From NCBI GenBank assembly GCA_045047305.1, contig JASFYO010000007.1:1-64000 (forward strand): a DNA stretch of 64,000 bases. The letters are read 5' to 3'. The position numbers and the translations under genes are program-made. The stretch's first letter is position 1, and each line of letters begins with the position of its first letter. This stretch comes from Planctomycetota bacterium (GTDB lineage Bacteria > Planctomycetota > UBA1135). The notes beneath the pieces are model-generated. The model saw nothing but the letters and a program-made list of their open reading frames with translations. It had not been told where the DNA came from and made no database searches. Of this stretch, positions 1-8,917 are shown one piece after another.

Positions 1-534
1 GACAACCTGGAAGAAATCGCCAAACGCATTGAGCAAGCTGGTGCCGTGCTGCTCACAGTTCACGGGCGCCTACGCAGTGATCGCTACACCGATCCGCCAA
101 ATTGGGATTACATCATCCGCGCAAAATCTCAGGTGCAAATTCCAGTCTTCGGAAATGGCAATGCGGATAGTCCCGAATCCATTGAGCAAATGTTCCGCGA
201 CACCGGATGCGATGGTGTCATGGTCGGGCGCGGCGCGATGAAGGATCCGTGGTTATTCAAGCGCTGGATGGCCTTCCGTCTGGGCGAGCCGCAACCAGAA
301 TGGACCCAGCCCGACATCCAAGCTTGGCTACACCAATATCATCAACGCATGTCCGACGGCGGTACCTTGCCTCGCCATTCCCTCGGACGGCTGAAGCAGG
401 CCATCAAAGCCTTCCGCGAGGGTGGTTTGCTGCCTGAAGGAGCCGTCGACACCGCCCTGCGATGCAAGGCGGTGGAGCAGCTCTACTTGGAGCTCGGTTT
501 TAGGAAGGCTGACGACCTCCCGCCAAAAAACTAG
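1..534 (+). CDS. tRNA-dihydrouridine synthase (Dus family), 5' end outside window
   Basis: Frame open from base 1; LTVHGR, PVFGNG and DGVMVGRGA..DPWLF are Dus-family motifs. Confidence 0.9.
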   Translation, partial: DNLEEIAKRIEQAGAVLLTVHGRLRSDRYTDPPNWDYIIRAKSQVQIPVFGNGNADSPESIEQMFRDTGCDGVMVGRGAMKDPWLFKRWMAFRLGEPQPEWTQPDIQAWLHQYHQRMSDGGTLPRHSLGRLKQAIKAFREGGLLPEGAVDTALRCKAVEQLYLELGFRKADDLPPKN

Positions 535-806
535 GGAGCAATAGGGAGTTCTGCGTGCTTGCCATGGCAGGTGCCATCGGAGTGGCAAAATCCTGCAGGA
601 GCATCGCAGTTTCCTTCACAACAAATCACTTCGCCAGCAGCGGTGCCTAGCTCGGCAGCGGCCTCAGCAGAGGCTTCCGAAGCATCAGCAGCTCCTTCAG
701 TAATGGTCTTGAGTGCGTCTTCTTGGGAGTTGGCCTCGCCGCCACCGCATGAAGCGAGTGGCAACATCATGGCTGCGAGAAACAAAATGCGGAGCAAAGA
801 TTTCAT
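531..806 (-). CDS. small lipoprotein with Cys/His-rich C-terminus
   Basis: MKSLLRILFLAAMMLPLASC lipobox; C-terminal CCEGNCDAPAGFCHSDGTCHGKH; TATACT 6 nt upstream supports ATG at 806. Confidence 0.7.
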   Translation of the reverse strand: MKSLLRILFLAAMMLPLASCGGGEANSQEDALKTITEGAADASEASAEAAAELGTAAGEVICCEGNCDAPAGFCHSDGTCHGKHAELPIAP

Positions 807-871
807 GCTGGCAGTATAACCCGTGAAAGCTTCTGGAATCCAAGGGGACAACGGTCTAGCATTGTCCATTC

Positions 872-1528
872 ATGGCACCCGCCCAGCGCTTCGGACTCGC
901 ATTTGGCACCGCTCCACGTCAACGAAAGACGCTGGAGACGGCGTTTGGTACCGATTTGGGCCCAGCTCTCGAGCTCTTTCGGGAAGAAATCTCGGCGCCT
1001 CCCGTTTTAGACGGAGAAGGCAAGTTTGGCACCCTCATTCTGAGCGCGCCCGACCGCGCTTTTGATGTCGCGGTAGCTCTCCAGGAGGCTGCTTGGCCTG
1101 TGCCTCTACGCTTCGCCTTAATTGTGGCTCCACCTGCCGGAGCCGCTGGGCGCGATGAAGCGGTACGCTCGAAAGCTGCCGTCACCCTGAGCGCCATGGA
1201 CCGCCAGCAGGTTTTCCGCTTTGACCTGCCAAGCAAGGGCGAAGAAGAATTGGCCTTGGCCGACACCTCTGCTTCCCTGCACCGCACCTTGGTTTTAGGC
1301 TGGACCCGCACCCGCCTTCAGGCCGTCCGCTCCTACCGCCGCCACGGACGTCAAGCTTTAGTCGCCGTGGAACTGCAAGTCAGCCAGCAAGCGGTTTCAC
1401 AAATGCTGTTGGGCGCGCAATATCGTCAGCTGAAGAACACCGAAGATACTTTGCGTAAATGGCTGGCGCGCCCGCAACGCACCATGTTGTGGCCGATGAA
1501 AAGCCGCACGGGGCGCACCGGTCTGTAA
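872..1528 (+). CDS. SatD-like protein with C-terminal HTH
   Basis: C-terminal QALVAVELQVSQQAVSQMLLGA resembles the SatD HTH; N-terminal part is divergent. Confidence 0.55.
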   Translation: MAPAQRFGLAFGTAPRQRKTLETAFGTDLGPALELFREEISAPPVLDGEGKFGTLILSAPDRAFDVAVALQEAAWPVPLRFALIVAPPAGAAGRDEAVRSKAAVTLSAMDRQQVFRFDLPSKGEEELALADTSASLHRTLVLGWTRTRLQAVRSYRRHGRQALVAVELQVSQQAVSQMLLGAQYRQLKNTEDTLRKWLARPQRTMLWPMKSRTGRTGL

Positions 1529-1547
1529 GTTCGTAAGTTAAGACTTA

Positions 1548-3482
1548 CTAATTTCGCTTCTCGTCTTCCTCGTCCCCGCCGGTGTAGCCAAGCTCATGCC
1601 CCATACCCTGCTGGGCAGCACTTGCGCGAGCACTTCCATCATGGCGGTCGCGGGCTAAAGCTGCGGAAACTTGACCGGCTAAAGCCTCGGCCGCCTCTAC
1701 TCCGAGATTTTGTTTTTCCTCTGGGTCTTGATCAATCTGAAAGAACCCAAAGAAATCAATTTTGTGTTTTGCCGTTTCTTTATCCGGCCACCTCCCCAAC
1801 CACTTTTGGGACCCGTCACGTAACGCAAAGAAATTTTCGTCAGCGGCAATACGTGCGCCATCGCTTTCACGGAGTTCTCCACGCACGATGAGTGCAGTAC
1901 CTTGAAGTTGTTCGGCATCTTGATCGGTATACAAACCAGTCAACGCTAGCAAAGTAGGGTAGATATCGAGCAGTTGCACATCTTGCTCAAAGCGGGCGCC
2001 GGCTGGAACGCCAGGACCGGTGATTAAAAATGGAACGTTGAGAAGCTCAGAGTACAAACTATTGCCATGCTTCATTAAACCGTGTTCACCGAAATGTTCA
2101 CCGTGGTCGCCAGTGAGCAGCACGATAGTCGGGCGGCCGGATTCCTGCACGCGCTGCAAAACCAATCCAACTTGATGATCCATAAAGGCAACTTCTTCTA
2201 AGTAGGCTTGATGGAAGTAATAAACGGAAGCTTCAGCAGCCGCAATCCGTGCAGCATCGCCGGACTGCAACTCTTTTTGCAAGAGAATCGCGGCATCGCC
2301 GAGCAATCCGTTGTTTGGATCTACCGGAAGATAGTCTGGTAGTGGCGGTAAGTTGCCCGTAAGCGATCCAGCAAATGGAGCAATGGTTCCATAAGGATCA
2401 TGTGGATCCATGTAGTGCAGAAAGAAAAAGTACGGGCGTTGATCGGCGAGGAGATCATCGAATAGATCAAAGGCCAGTTTATTGGTGCGTTGTGCACGAC
2501 CCTTTTCAAAGGTCCCTTTGTTGGTGCGATAACCACGGAATAGCGGCAAATCGATAAGCTTGATCAGAGTTCCATCCGGCAACAAAGCATCAAGCCAACT
2601 GCGGCCAGTAAAGCCTTGCACAAAGTGGCGCACTCGACCGCGCAATGGAACATCCGAGTCATCGAAGACTTCGAAGCCTTCGCCAAAACCGATGTCGCTG
2701 GAAAGCAAGCCGTTGGAAATGAGCCCAGCAGTGCGATAACCCGCATCGTGAAAATGCTGAGAAATCCACGGTTGGTTCGCAGGAACTGGATCGAAATTAC
2801 TACGCACTCCATGAGCTAGGCTGTCTTGACCAGTCAACATGGTGAGATGGCCAGGAAGGGTTAAACCAGAACTCGAATGCGCGAAGGATGCGGAGGCACC
2901 GGCACGGCGCATGGCATCGAAGGTAGGCAGGGTATAGCCTTCAGGGCGTGGGCCACTGAGGGCATCGGCGCGGAAGGTGTCAATGGAGATAAGAAGGACG
3001 TCGGGGCGAGACTCTGGAATAGGGTCACTGCGATCGGGGAAAACGCGGGAAACCTCGGGGCGGCCATCGCTGGACCCGAGCATCAGAGATTCCGCAAAAC
3101 AAAGAAGCGCCAAGAATGGCAATACGGCAATGACTCTGGGCGCTGGGACACAAGCGCGTATACGAAGGATGCAAAGCGCACCAATGGCTAGAGTGATCGC
3201 GGCTGCAATCCAAATGGATAGTTGCGCATCAACTAAGAATGGTGCGCAGCCAAGCGCAAAGCCTGCAGCTAGTGGCCCCAAAAAGCGCGATTCGCCTTCG
3301 CGTGCAGCGGGGAACAGCAACACCACAAACAGCGGAAGCGCTCCCAAACAGGCGCCAACCCAAGAAACGCTGAAGGCGCGCGGAATGTCGAGACCAGAAA
3401 AACCCAGCAGGGCGTCGGCTAATGCCGCGAGCGCACAGCCAGCTGCAAGAAACCAAATGGAAGCGAAGAACGATGTCCTCAT
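1548..3482 (-). CDS. membrane-anchored sulfatase-like (alkaline phosphatase superfamily) hydrolase/transferase
   Basis: Several N-terminal hydrophobic segments; ISIDTFRAD, TLPGH at the nucleophile site, HYMDPHDPY, GDHGE..HG. Confidence 0.85.
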   Translation of the reverse strand: MRTSFFASIWFLAAGCALAALADALLGFSGLDIPRAFSVSWVGACLGALPLFVVLLFPAAREGESRFLGPLAAGFALGCAPFLVDAQLSIWIAAAITLAIGALCILRIRACVPAPRVIAVLPFLALLCFAESLMLGSSDGRPEVSRVFPDRSDPIPESRPDVLLISIDTFRADALSGPRPEGYTLPTFDAMRRAGASASFAHSSSGLTLPGHLTMLTGQDSLAHGVRSNFDPVPANQPWISQHFHDAGYRTAGLISNGLLSSDIGFGEGFEVFDDSDVPLRGRVRHFVQGFTGRSWLDALLPDGTLIKLIDLPLFRGYRTNKGTFEKGRAQRTNKLAFDLFDDLLADQRPYFFFLHYMDPHDPYGTIAPFAGSLTGNLPPLPDYLPVDPNNGLLGDAAILLQKELQSGDAARIAAAEASVYYFHQAYLEEVAFMDHQVGLVLQRVQESGRPTIVLLTGDHGEHFGEHGLMKHGNSLYSELLNVPFLITGPGVPAGARFEQDVQLLDIYPTLLALTGLYTDQDAEQLQGTALIVRGELRESDGARIAADENFFALRDGSQKWLGRWPDKETAKHKIDFFGFFQIDQDPEEKQNLGVEAAEALAGQVSAALARDRHDGSARASAAQQGMGHELGYTGGDEEDEKRN

Positions 3483-3684
3483 CCGCGAAGTTTATCAGAG
3501 AGGAGTGCTTGGATTGGGCTGTAGCCGACATTGGCGGTGGCCGATGCCAAGAATCACTGCGAGAAAAAGCAGAAAACGAATTGGGTGAGGGCAACTCTTC
3601 TCGCTCGAGCTTACTACCAGCAAGCCGGACCTAATCCCCATTGCTCGCTGGCATGATGGTGGTATCTGGTTCCTCATTGGACTT

Positions 3685-3992
3685 TCAGCAACTCCATGAG
3701 GATATTTCGGGGAGGAATCCGTCGGCATCGGTGCTTAACGCCTTCTCTCCATAGAAACCTACGTTTACTTTTAGCTTCGATGCGGGCGAACCATCTTCAT
3801 AAACCAATTGAGTCGGACGCGCTTTTCCCTTTACCGCATCCATGTCCAAGTAAATGTAACCATCGTCCTGACGTTCTAAAGGAGACAAAACTGGGGCTTC
3901 CACCGATGGCTCTTGGCGAATGCAAGATGACGAATCCAACCCGCATGTTGCAGGAGCTCTTCAGGGTCTTTCCAACTGTCTTTTCCATTCAT
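3685..3992 (-). pseudogene. probable relic of an ECF sigma factor / carboxypeptidase-regulatory-like domain fusion gene
   Basis: ATG at 3992 gives MNGKDSWKDPEELLQHAGWIRHLA (ECF N-terminus-like), stop at 3876; an overlapping frame gives QLVYEDGSPASKLKVNV...STDADGF. Confidence 0.45.
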
Positions 3993-4055
3993 GTTGAAAA
4001 TAGAACACCACTGTAACGGATGTTGTTACCAAATATTTTCAAGCATGCGTCGCCT

Positions 4056-4919
4056 CTAGGTCAGGGCGGAGAAATAGACATCTTCTAAATCGGCCTCAGC
4101 AGCTTCGAATCCATCCGGCGCAGAGGGCGCGAGAACATGCACTATGACTTTTCCTGCACGCCGTTTGGTTGAAATGACTTGATGCTGCTCGCGTAAACGA
4201 TTCAGGTCTTCTCGGCTGCAGGCTTTATGCCAAATTTGACCTTGAAGCTCGTCGATGCATGCTTGTGGCTCTCCACTTAACAACACGCAACCTTGGTTCA
4301 AGATCGCCATGCGCGGGCACAGCTCACGAACGTCCTCCACTAGATGGGTAGAAAAAATGACTGCAACTTGTTCCCCTACCTCGCAGATGAGATCCAAAAA
4401 ACGTTGACGCTCTTGCGGATCTAAACCTGCGGTCGGCTCATCCACAATCAAAAGACGTGGGTCACCGAGTAATGCCTGCGCGACGCCAAATCGTTGACGC
4501 ATGCCCCCAGAAAATCCGGAGACCGCTTTGCGTCGGTGGTTCCATAGATTGGTTTTGTGCAACAAAGATTGCACGCAATCACGGCGCTCCCCGCGATGGG
4601 TCAAACCTTTCAGTACCGCCAGATGGTTCAACAAGGCTTCCGCACTCACGCCTGGATAGACCCCAAACTCTTGCGGAAGATATCCGAGAATGCTGCGGGT
4701 CGCGTGGGGGTCCGCCAGGACATCGATGTTTTCAAACTGAACACTTCCGCAATCCGGGCGCTGCAAAGTTGCAACCGTTCGCATCAAGCTGGACTTACCT
4801 GCGCCGTTGGGACCAAGTAGGCCAAACATGCCTTTCGGCACTTCGAGGTTTACATTGTCCAACGCACGCGTGCCATTGGAATAGGTTTTTGACAACCCTT
4901 GAATCGTGAGCATGGTCAT
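4056..4919 (-). CDS. ABC transporter ATP-binding protein (ABC-2/multidrug type)
   Basis: Walker A GPNGAGKS, signature FSGGM, Walker B LLIVDEP; 4-bp overlap with the upstream permease. Confidence 0.95.
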   Translation of the reverse strand: MTMLTIQGLSKTYSNGTRALDNVNLEVPKGMFGLLGPNGAGKSSLMRTVATLQRPDCGSVQFENIDVLADPHATRSILGYLPQEFGVYPGVSAEALLNHLAVLKGLTHRGERRDCVQSLLHKTNLWNHRRKAVSGFSGGMRQRFGVAQALLGDPRLLIVDEPTAGLDPQERQRFLDLICEVGEQVAVIFSTHLVEDVRELCPRMAILNQGCVLLSGEPQACIDELQGQIWHKACSREDLNRLREQHQVISTKRRAGKVIVHVLAPSAPDGFEAAEADLEDVYFSALT

Positions 4920-7900
4920 TTTATTTTCTCCTTAACAAAGGCTTCGTTGTTATTTAGCTCCCGATCGATATGCAGGAGGCGTGGGTCCGTCCGGACCTTC
5001 CAGGGCCGGGTTGTGCAATGCACTTCAAAACGCACCTTCCCGTCCACAACTGGTGCTCGAAGAAGCTGACTTGGTTGGTGATCTTCAAAAAGGACTAAAA
5101 GTTCCATGACTCCCTGGTAGTCGAAGGGCTTTTCTTTCCCGTCGCCATCGGCCTCTACCGCAGAAACAACTCCTTCAACCAACAGCAAGTAGCTTTGATT
5201 GGGAAGGAGCTCAGTCTCTGCCATATCGATTGCACTTTCGACAAAGACTATTTTCTCTAGCAATTCAATGAGCATCGGTTGGCTCGCCTCTGGCAAGGAC
5301 CTGCGCAATGCCTGCATTAGATTGAGCGAAGTAATCGGCCGACCTTCCGGCCCACCAAAATTCAACACTAGGCTCGCAAGCGCACGATTGATCGGTTCGT
5401 ATCCCACCTCCGAAGCCAATGCATGAAAGGCCACCATGCCCTTTTCATAATGAAGGTGCGCTTGGTCATCCACATGCACCAAAGCTCGCTCTTCTCGGAC
5501 CGCTCGGCTGCGTTCACTTAAGTACGTTTTGCGACTGTACTTCACCATGCGCAATGCGACATCGGCTCCATAGATTTTTTGCACGACCGCAAGCGAGCCA
5601 TATTGCGCTAAGGATTCTGATGTAAAGCTCGCACCCAAAGCAAGCGCTGGCAACACATGCCCATCCCACCATTGGTGCGCTACCTCATGCGCCACAACCC
5701 AAAGGATCGGGTCCAAGTCAGTCGCTTGGCTTTCCGCGGATTCTGCTGGCGGAAAATCCAAAGCTTGGCCTGCCCCTCTTGGGCTAGTAAATGCCATGGC
5801 CTCGCCGAATCCCATCACGCCAGGAAATGATGCAGCAAATCCAGACTCGCCAGGGATTTCTCCTAGACGCAAAACTTCGTGCGGATACGGACCCCAGTGC
5901 TCTTCAAAGTAGGCCAAAGATTGCTGGACCGCCCAAAGAATATGAGCGACGCGCGCTTGGTGTGGCGCATGGAAGTAGATTTCAATGTCAATGCTTCCCT
6001 GTTTAGCAACTACCTTTTCATAGCGCCCAGAAATAATGGAGAAGAAGGCTTGGATCCTTTTGGATGTGCGGAAGTGGTGATGCGCCTTTCCGTCACCAAC
6101 AAAACGCTCCAATAGTTTGCCTGGCGCCAGCGCAGTTTGGTCTTCCGGAGTATGAATCCATAAATCCACCTGCGCCCAATCGGGGCTCCCAAAAACCTCC
6201 ATGTTGGTTCCATTCTTTTTCATACCGGCACGGCGCGCTTCATATTCCGCAGCGCTGATCCTCGGTTCCCATGGATCCATTCCATGCTCTTTACGTGGCC
6301 GACGCTCTCGTAATTCTCGAGCGGTGTCGTAGCCCAGGCTGGGAAAGAACTGCCCTCCCCGAAAGAATGGATGAGTTCCGGTTCCACCAAGGATGAAGCT
6401 TCCATTTTCAACCAACCAACGGTCCGTTGGACGCGACCCCAAGCCCTTCGGTGCGAACTCCAAGTCAAAGTGAAGCTCCACGGAAGCACCCGCTGCCAAC
6501 GGAGGGTCAAATTGAAGCACACGAGTGCCTTGTGTTACGGACTTTTCAGTTGGCAAACCGTCACTCGGACCAAGGCTCAAACCTAGAAGTTGAAAGTTGG
6601 GGTCAAAGTTGAACAGCATGGCATCCACCGCTTCAGCTTGATGGTTTTCCAAGAGATACATTCCCTGCACCCGGGCATAGCGGCGCGGCGGGTCGAGATC
6701 CACGTCTGCGGTAATCGAAACCACTTGTGGACGTGGGCGGCCTTGCCACGATTGATATTCCTTCTCATAGGAAGCGAGAAAAGACTCCGACTGGTTTTGG
6801 TTCCAACCCATTGCCGGAGCCAACGTCGTTTGTTGGATCCAAGCGGCGCCGCCAAGGCTTGCGGTGACGCAAAGTAAAAGCGCGATACGTGCCCACCCCG
6901 TGCACCGCCGCTGCGCTCGCGCCAAAGTTTGTTTCCAAGTAAGTGCAGCGCCGTGGGGCCAGAACATTCCTGCAGCAAGCATCAGAGTGGCTCCCACCAA
7001 AACCCAATAGCCTTGCACTAACGCGGCCTCCTCGAGACCATGCGCCCAACCACTCATCGCACTCGCAAAAGGCAGCCTAGTCGATGCCATGGAGTATAAA
7101 ACTCCAGTGTGACCCAGCGCCTTTCCTGCCAAGCGCAAGGCAAGAAAAAGTCCGGTTGCAAGATACCCACGCATGCGGCCACCTGCGATGGTTTGCAAGA
7201 AAACAGAAATCGCAGCAATCTGTAAGTAATTCACGGACTCAAGCAGAACCGGAATCCAAACTTGGTCAAAAGAAATCTGGGATACACCCAGCTCCTTTTG
7301 CATGGCCATGGCCACCAACCCAAATGTTCCAATGCTTGCGCCAACCAAAACCACCAGCGCCAAAAACTTCCCCGCAACAAGGGCGCCACGTGCAATGGGC
7401 ATGGCGTCGAGAGTTAGTCCCATACGTGTACCGCGCTCTCTCCAAACAAGTTCTCCACTGAACAACACCACAAGCAAAGTCATAACCGTCCGCGCGGAGC
7501 GGTTTATCGAATAAAGGACCGAGCTAGCACCTGGAAGTGATTCAACCCCGATGAGGCTGCTACCTCGCGTCATTCCATACAGCGTCAATAGAACTCCGCC
7601 CACAAAAAGGAACCGCCAAGCAAGGCTTCCAGTAAAGCAACGAAACTCGAAACGAAAGATGGACAGGCTCTGTGCGAGCCACAAATTTTTCGCCATCCGC
7701 AATGGGGCAGATGGAACTACCTTTGATTGCGCAAATGGTTTTGAGGCGCGCTTCGGTTTTTTCGACTGAATGGCCTTAGGTTTTTCTCCAGCATCCGCTC
7801 GCCTGGCACGGTAGGCAAAAACGGGACGGGCTAAAAAGCAGAAAAACATGGTGAGTGCAAACCAAAGAAGGCGATTAAGCATGAAGTCACCACTTAATCC

Positions 7901-8665
7901 AGGGAAACGACTTGCATAGTCCACCACGCCCCAATCCCGAGCCACGCTAGTGAGTGCAGCTAAACCCAATGGATCCAGCAATGCTGGCAAGCGATAACCA
8001 AAGCTTACGACAGGAATGATTTCAGCCAGATCTTGGCCTATCATGATGAGGAGCAAACCTAAAAATGTCACACCCATGCTGCGGCTCCATAAAGCTAATA
8101 GAAAGACTAGGGAACTAAGAATGAATAGGTTTGGAAGCAACAAAACGAAAACGCCAAAGAACCAAACATCGGCTGAAACAGGTGCCATTTGCGCATTGCC
8201 TACTGCCAACCAAGCTTGAGTTATTACCATGGCAGCTGCACCGATTAAAACTGCAAGCGCGCCGACGCAATAACCACCTGCGAAACGGCCCACCAAATAC
8301 CCTGTGGTGCTCACCGGCCTTGAAAAAATCAATGGCGCAGTGCCTGAAGAAAAATCCCGCATTGCCGCCTTTGCCACGCTGACCATGACCACAAACATGC
8401 CAATCGCGGACAACCCTGCGAGATTACGCAAGACAGCATAAGGGACATTGCTTGCAACGCGGCCTGCTGCGACCTGCAAGTCGCCCATCTCCGTTGCAGA
8501 AAAAGCAACTCCAGCTGCAATGCACACCACTGCAGAAATCCAAAACGAGGGGTGGCGCAACTGCTGGCGCAGTTCGAAACGGAAAAACTCTGATATTTGG
8601 CGGATCGTAAACACGGCTTCCCCATTGGGGTAACGATGCGCCAGCAAACTGCCTTGCGCCTTCAT
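4916..8665 (-). CDS. ABC-2 permease fused to M1-family aminopeptidase (exact start uncertain)
   Basis: Two blocks of TM helices followed by a soluble domain with HEVAHQWW...ESLAQY zinc motif and HYEKG. Confidence 0.9.
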   Translation of the reverse strand: MKAQGSLLAHRYPNGEAVFTIRQISEFFRFELRQQLRHPSFWISAVVCIAAGVAFSATEMGDLQVAAGRVASNVPYAVLRNLAGLSAIGMFVVMVSVAKAAMRDFSSGTAPLIFSRPVSTTGYLVGRFAGGYCVGALAVLIGAAAMVITQAWLAVGNAQMAPVSADVWFFGVFVLLLPNLFILSSLVFLLALWSRSMGVTFLGLLLIMIGQDLAEIIPVVSFGYRLPALLDPLGLAALTSVARDWGVVDYASRFPGLSGDFMLNRLLWFALTMFFCFLARPVFAYRARRADAGEKPKAIQSKKPKRASKPFAQSKVVPSAPLRMAKNLWLAQSLSIFRFEFRCFTGSLAWRFLFVGGVLLTLYGMTRGSSLIGVESLPGASSVLYSINRSARTVMTLLVVLFSGELVWRERGTRMGLTLDAMPIARGALVAGKFLALVVLVGASIGTFGLVAMAMQKELGVSQISFDQVWIPVLLESVNYLQIAAISVFLQTIAGGRMRGYLATGLFLALRLAGKALGHTGVLYSMASTRLPFASAMSGWAHGLEEAALVQGYWVLVGATLMLAAGMFWPHGAALTWKQTLARAQRRCTGWARIALLLCVTASLGGAAWIQQTTLAPAMGWNQNQSESFLASYEKEYQSWQGRPRPQVVSITADVDLDPPRRYARVQGMYLLENHQAEAVDAMLFNFDPNFQLLGLSLGPSDGLPTEKSVTQGTRVLQFDPPLAAGASVELHFDLEFAPKGLGSRPTDRWLVENGSFILGGTGTHPFFRGGQFFPSLGYDTARELRERRPRKEHGMDPWEPRISAAEYEARRAGMKKNGTNMEVFGSPDWAQVDLWIHTPEDQTALAPGKLLERFVGDGKAHHHFRTSKRIQAFFSIISGRYEKVVAKQGSIDIEIYFHAPHQARVAHILWAVQQSLAYFEEHWGPYPHEVLRLGEIPGESGFAASFPGVMGFGEAMAFTSPRGAGQALDFPPAESAESQATDLDPILWVVAHEVAHQWWDGHVLPALALGASFTSESLAQYGSLAVVQKIYGADVALRMVKYSRKTYLSERSRAVREERALVHVDDQAHLHYEKGMVAFHALASEVGYEPINRALASLVLNFGGPEGRPITSLNLMQALRRSLPEASQPMLIELLEKIVFVESAIDMAETELLPNQSYLLLVEGVVSAVEADGDGKEKPFDYQGVMELLVLFEDHQPSQLLRAPVVDGKVRFEVHCTTRPWKVRTDPRLLHIDRELNNNEAFVKEKIK

Positions 8666-8917
8666 AAGACCCAGGCAAAGGCAATCGGTTGCAGTTGATT
8701 TTTAACTCACCCTGATTCACCCGGTTCGCAGTAACAGGAAGAAGCTGACTGCGTATCGGCCTGTGCCCATGCCTCGGCCTAGAATATTTTTGAGCCAGGC
8801 GTGATTCCGGTCAGATTTTTACAATAGCCCCGTACTCCCCTTAATAATGCGCTAAAATATGCGCTTCCTTTAGCCAAGAAAGTGCTGAAAACCCGCCAGA
8901 AACCGCTTTTAACCGCC

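Noticed and set aside
3685..3687. Second selenocysteine codon after SWSC
   Set aside because: Read-through hits TAG within about 18 codons; no recognisable redox motif or SECIS
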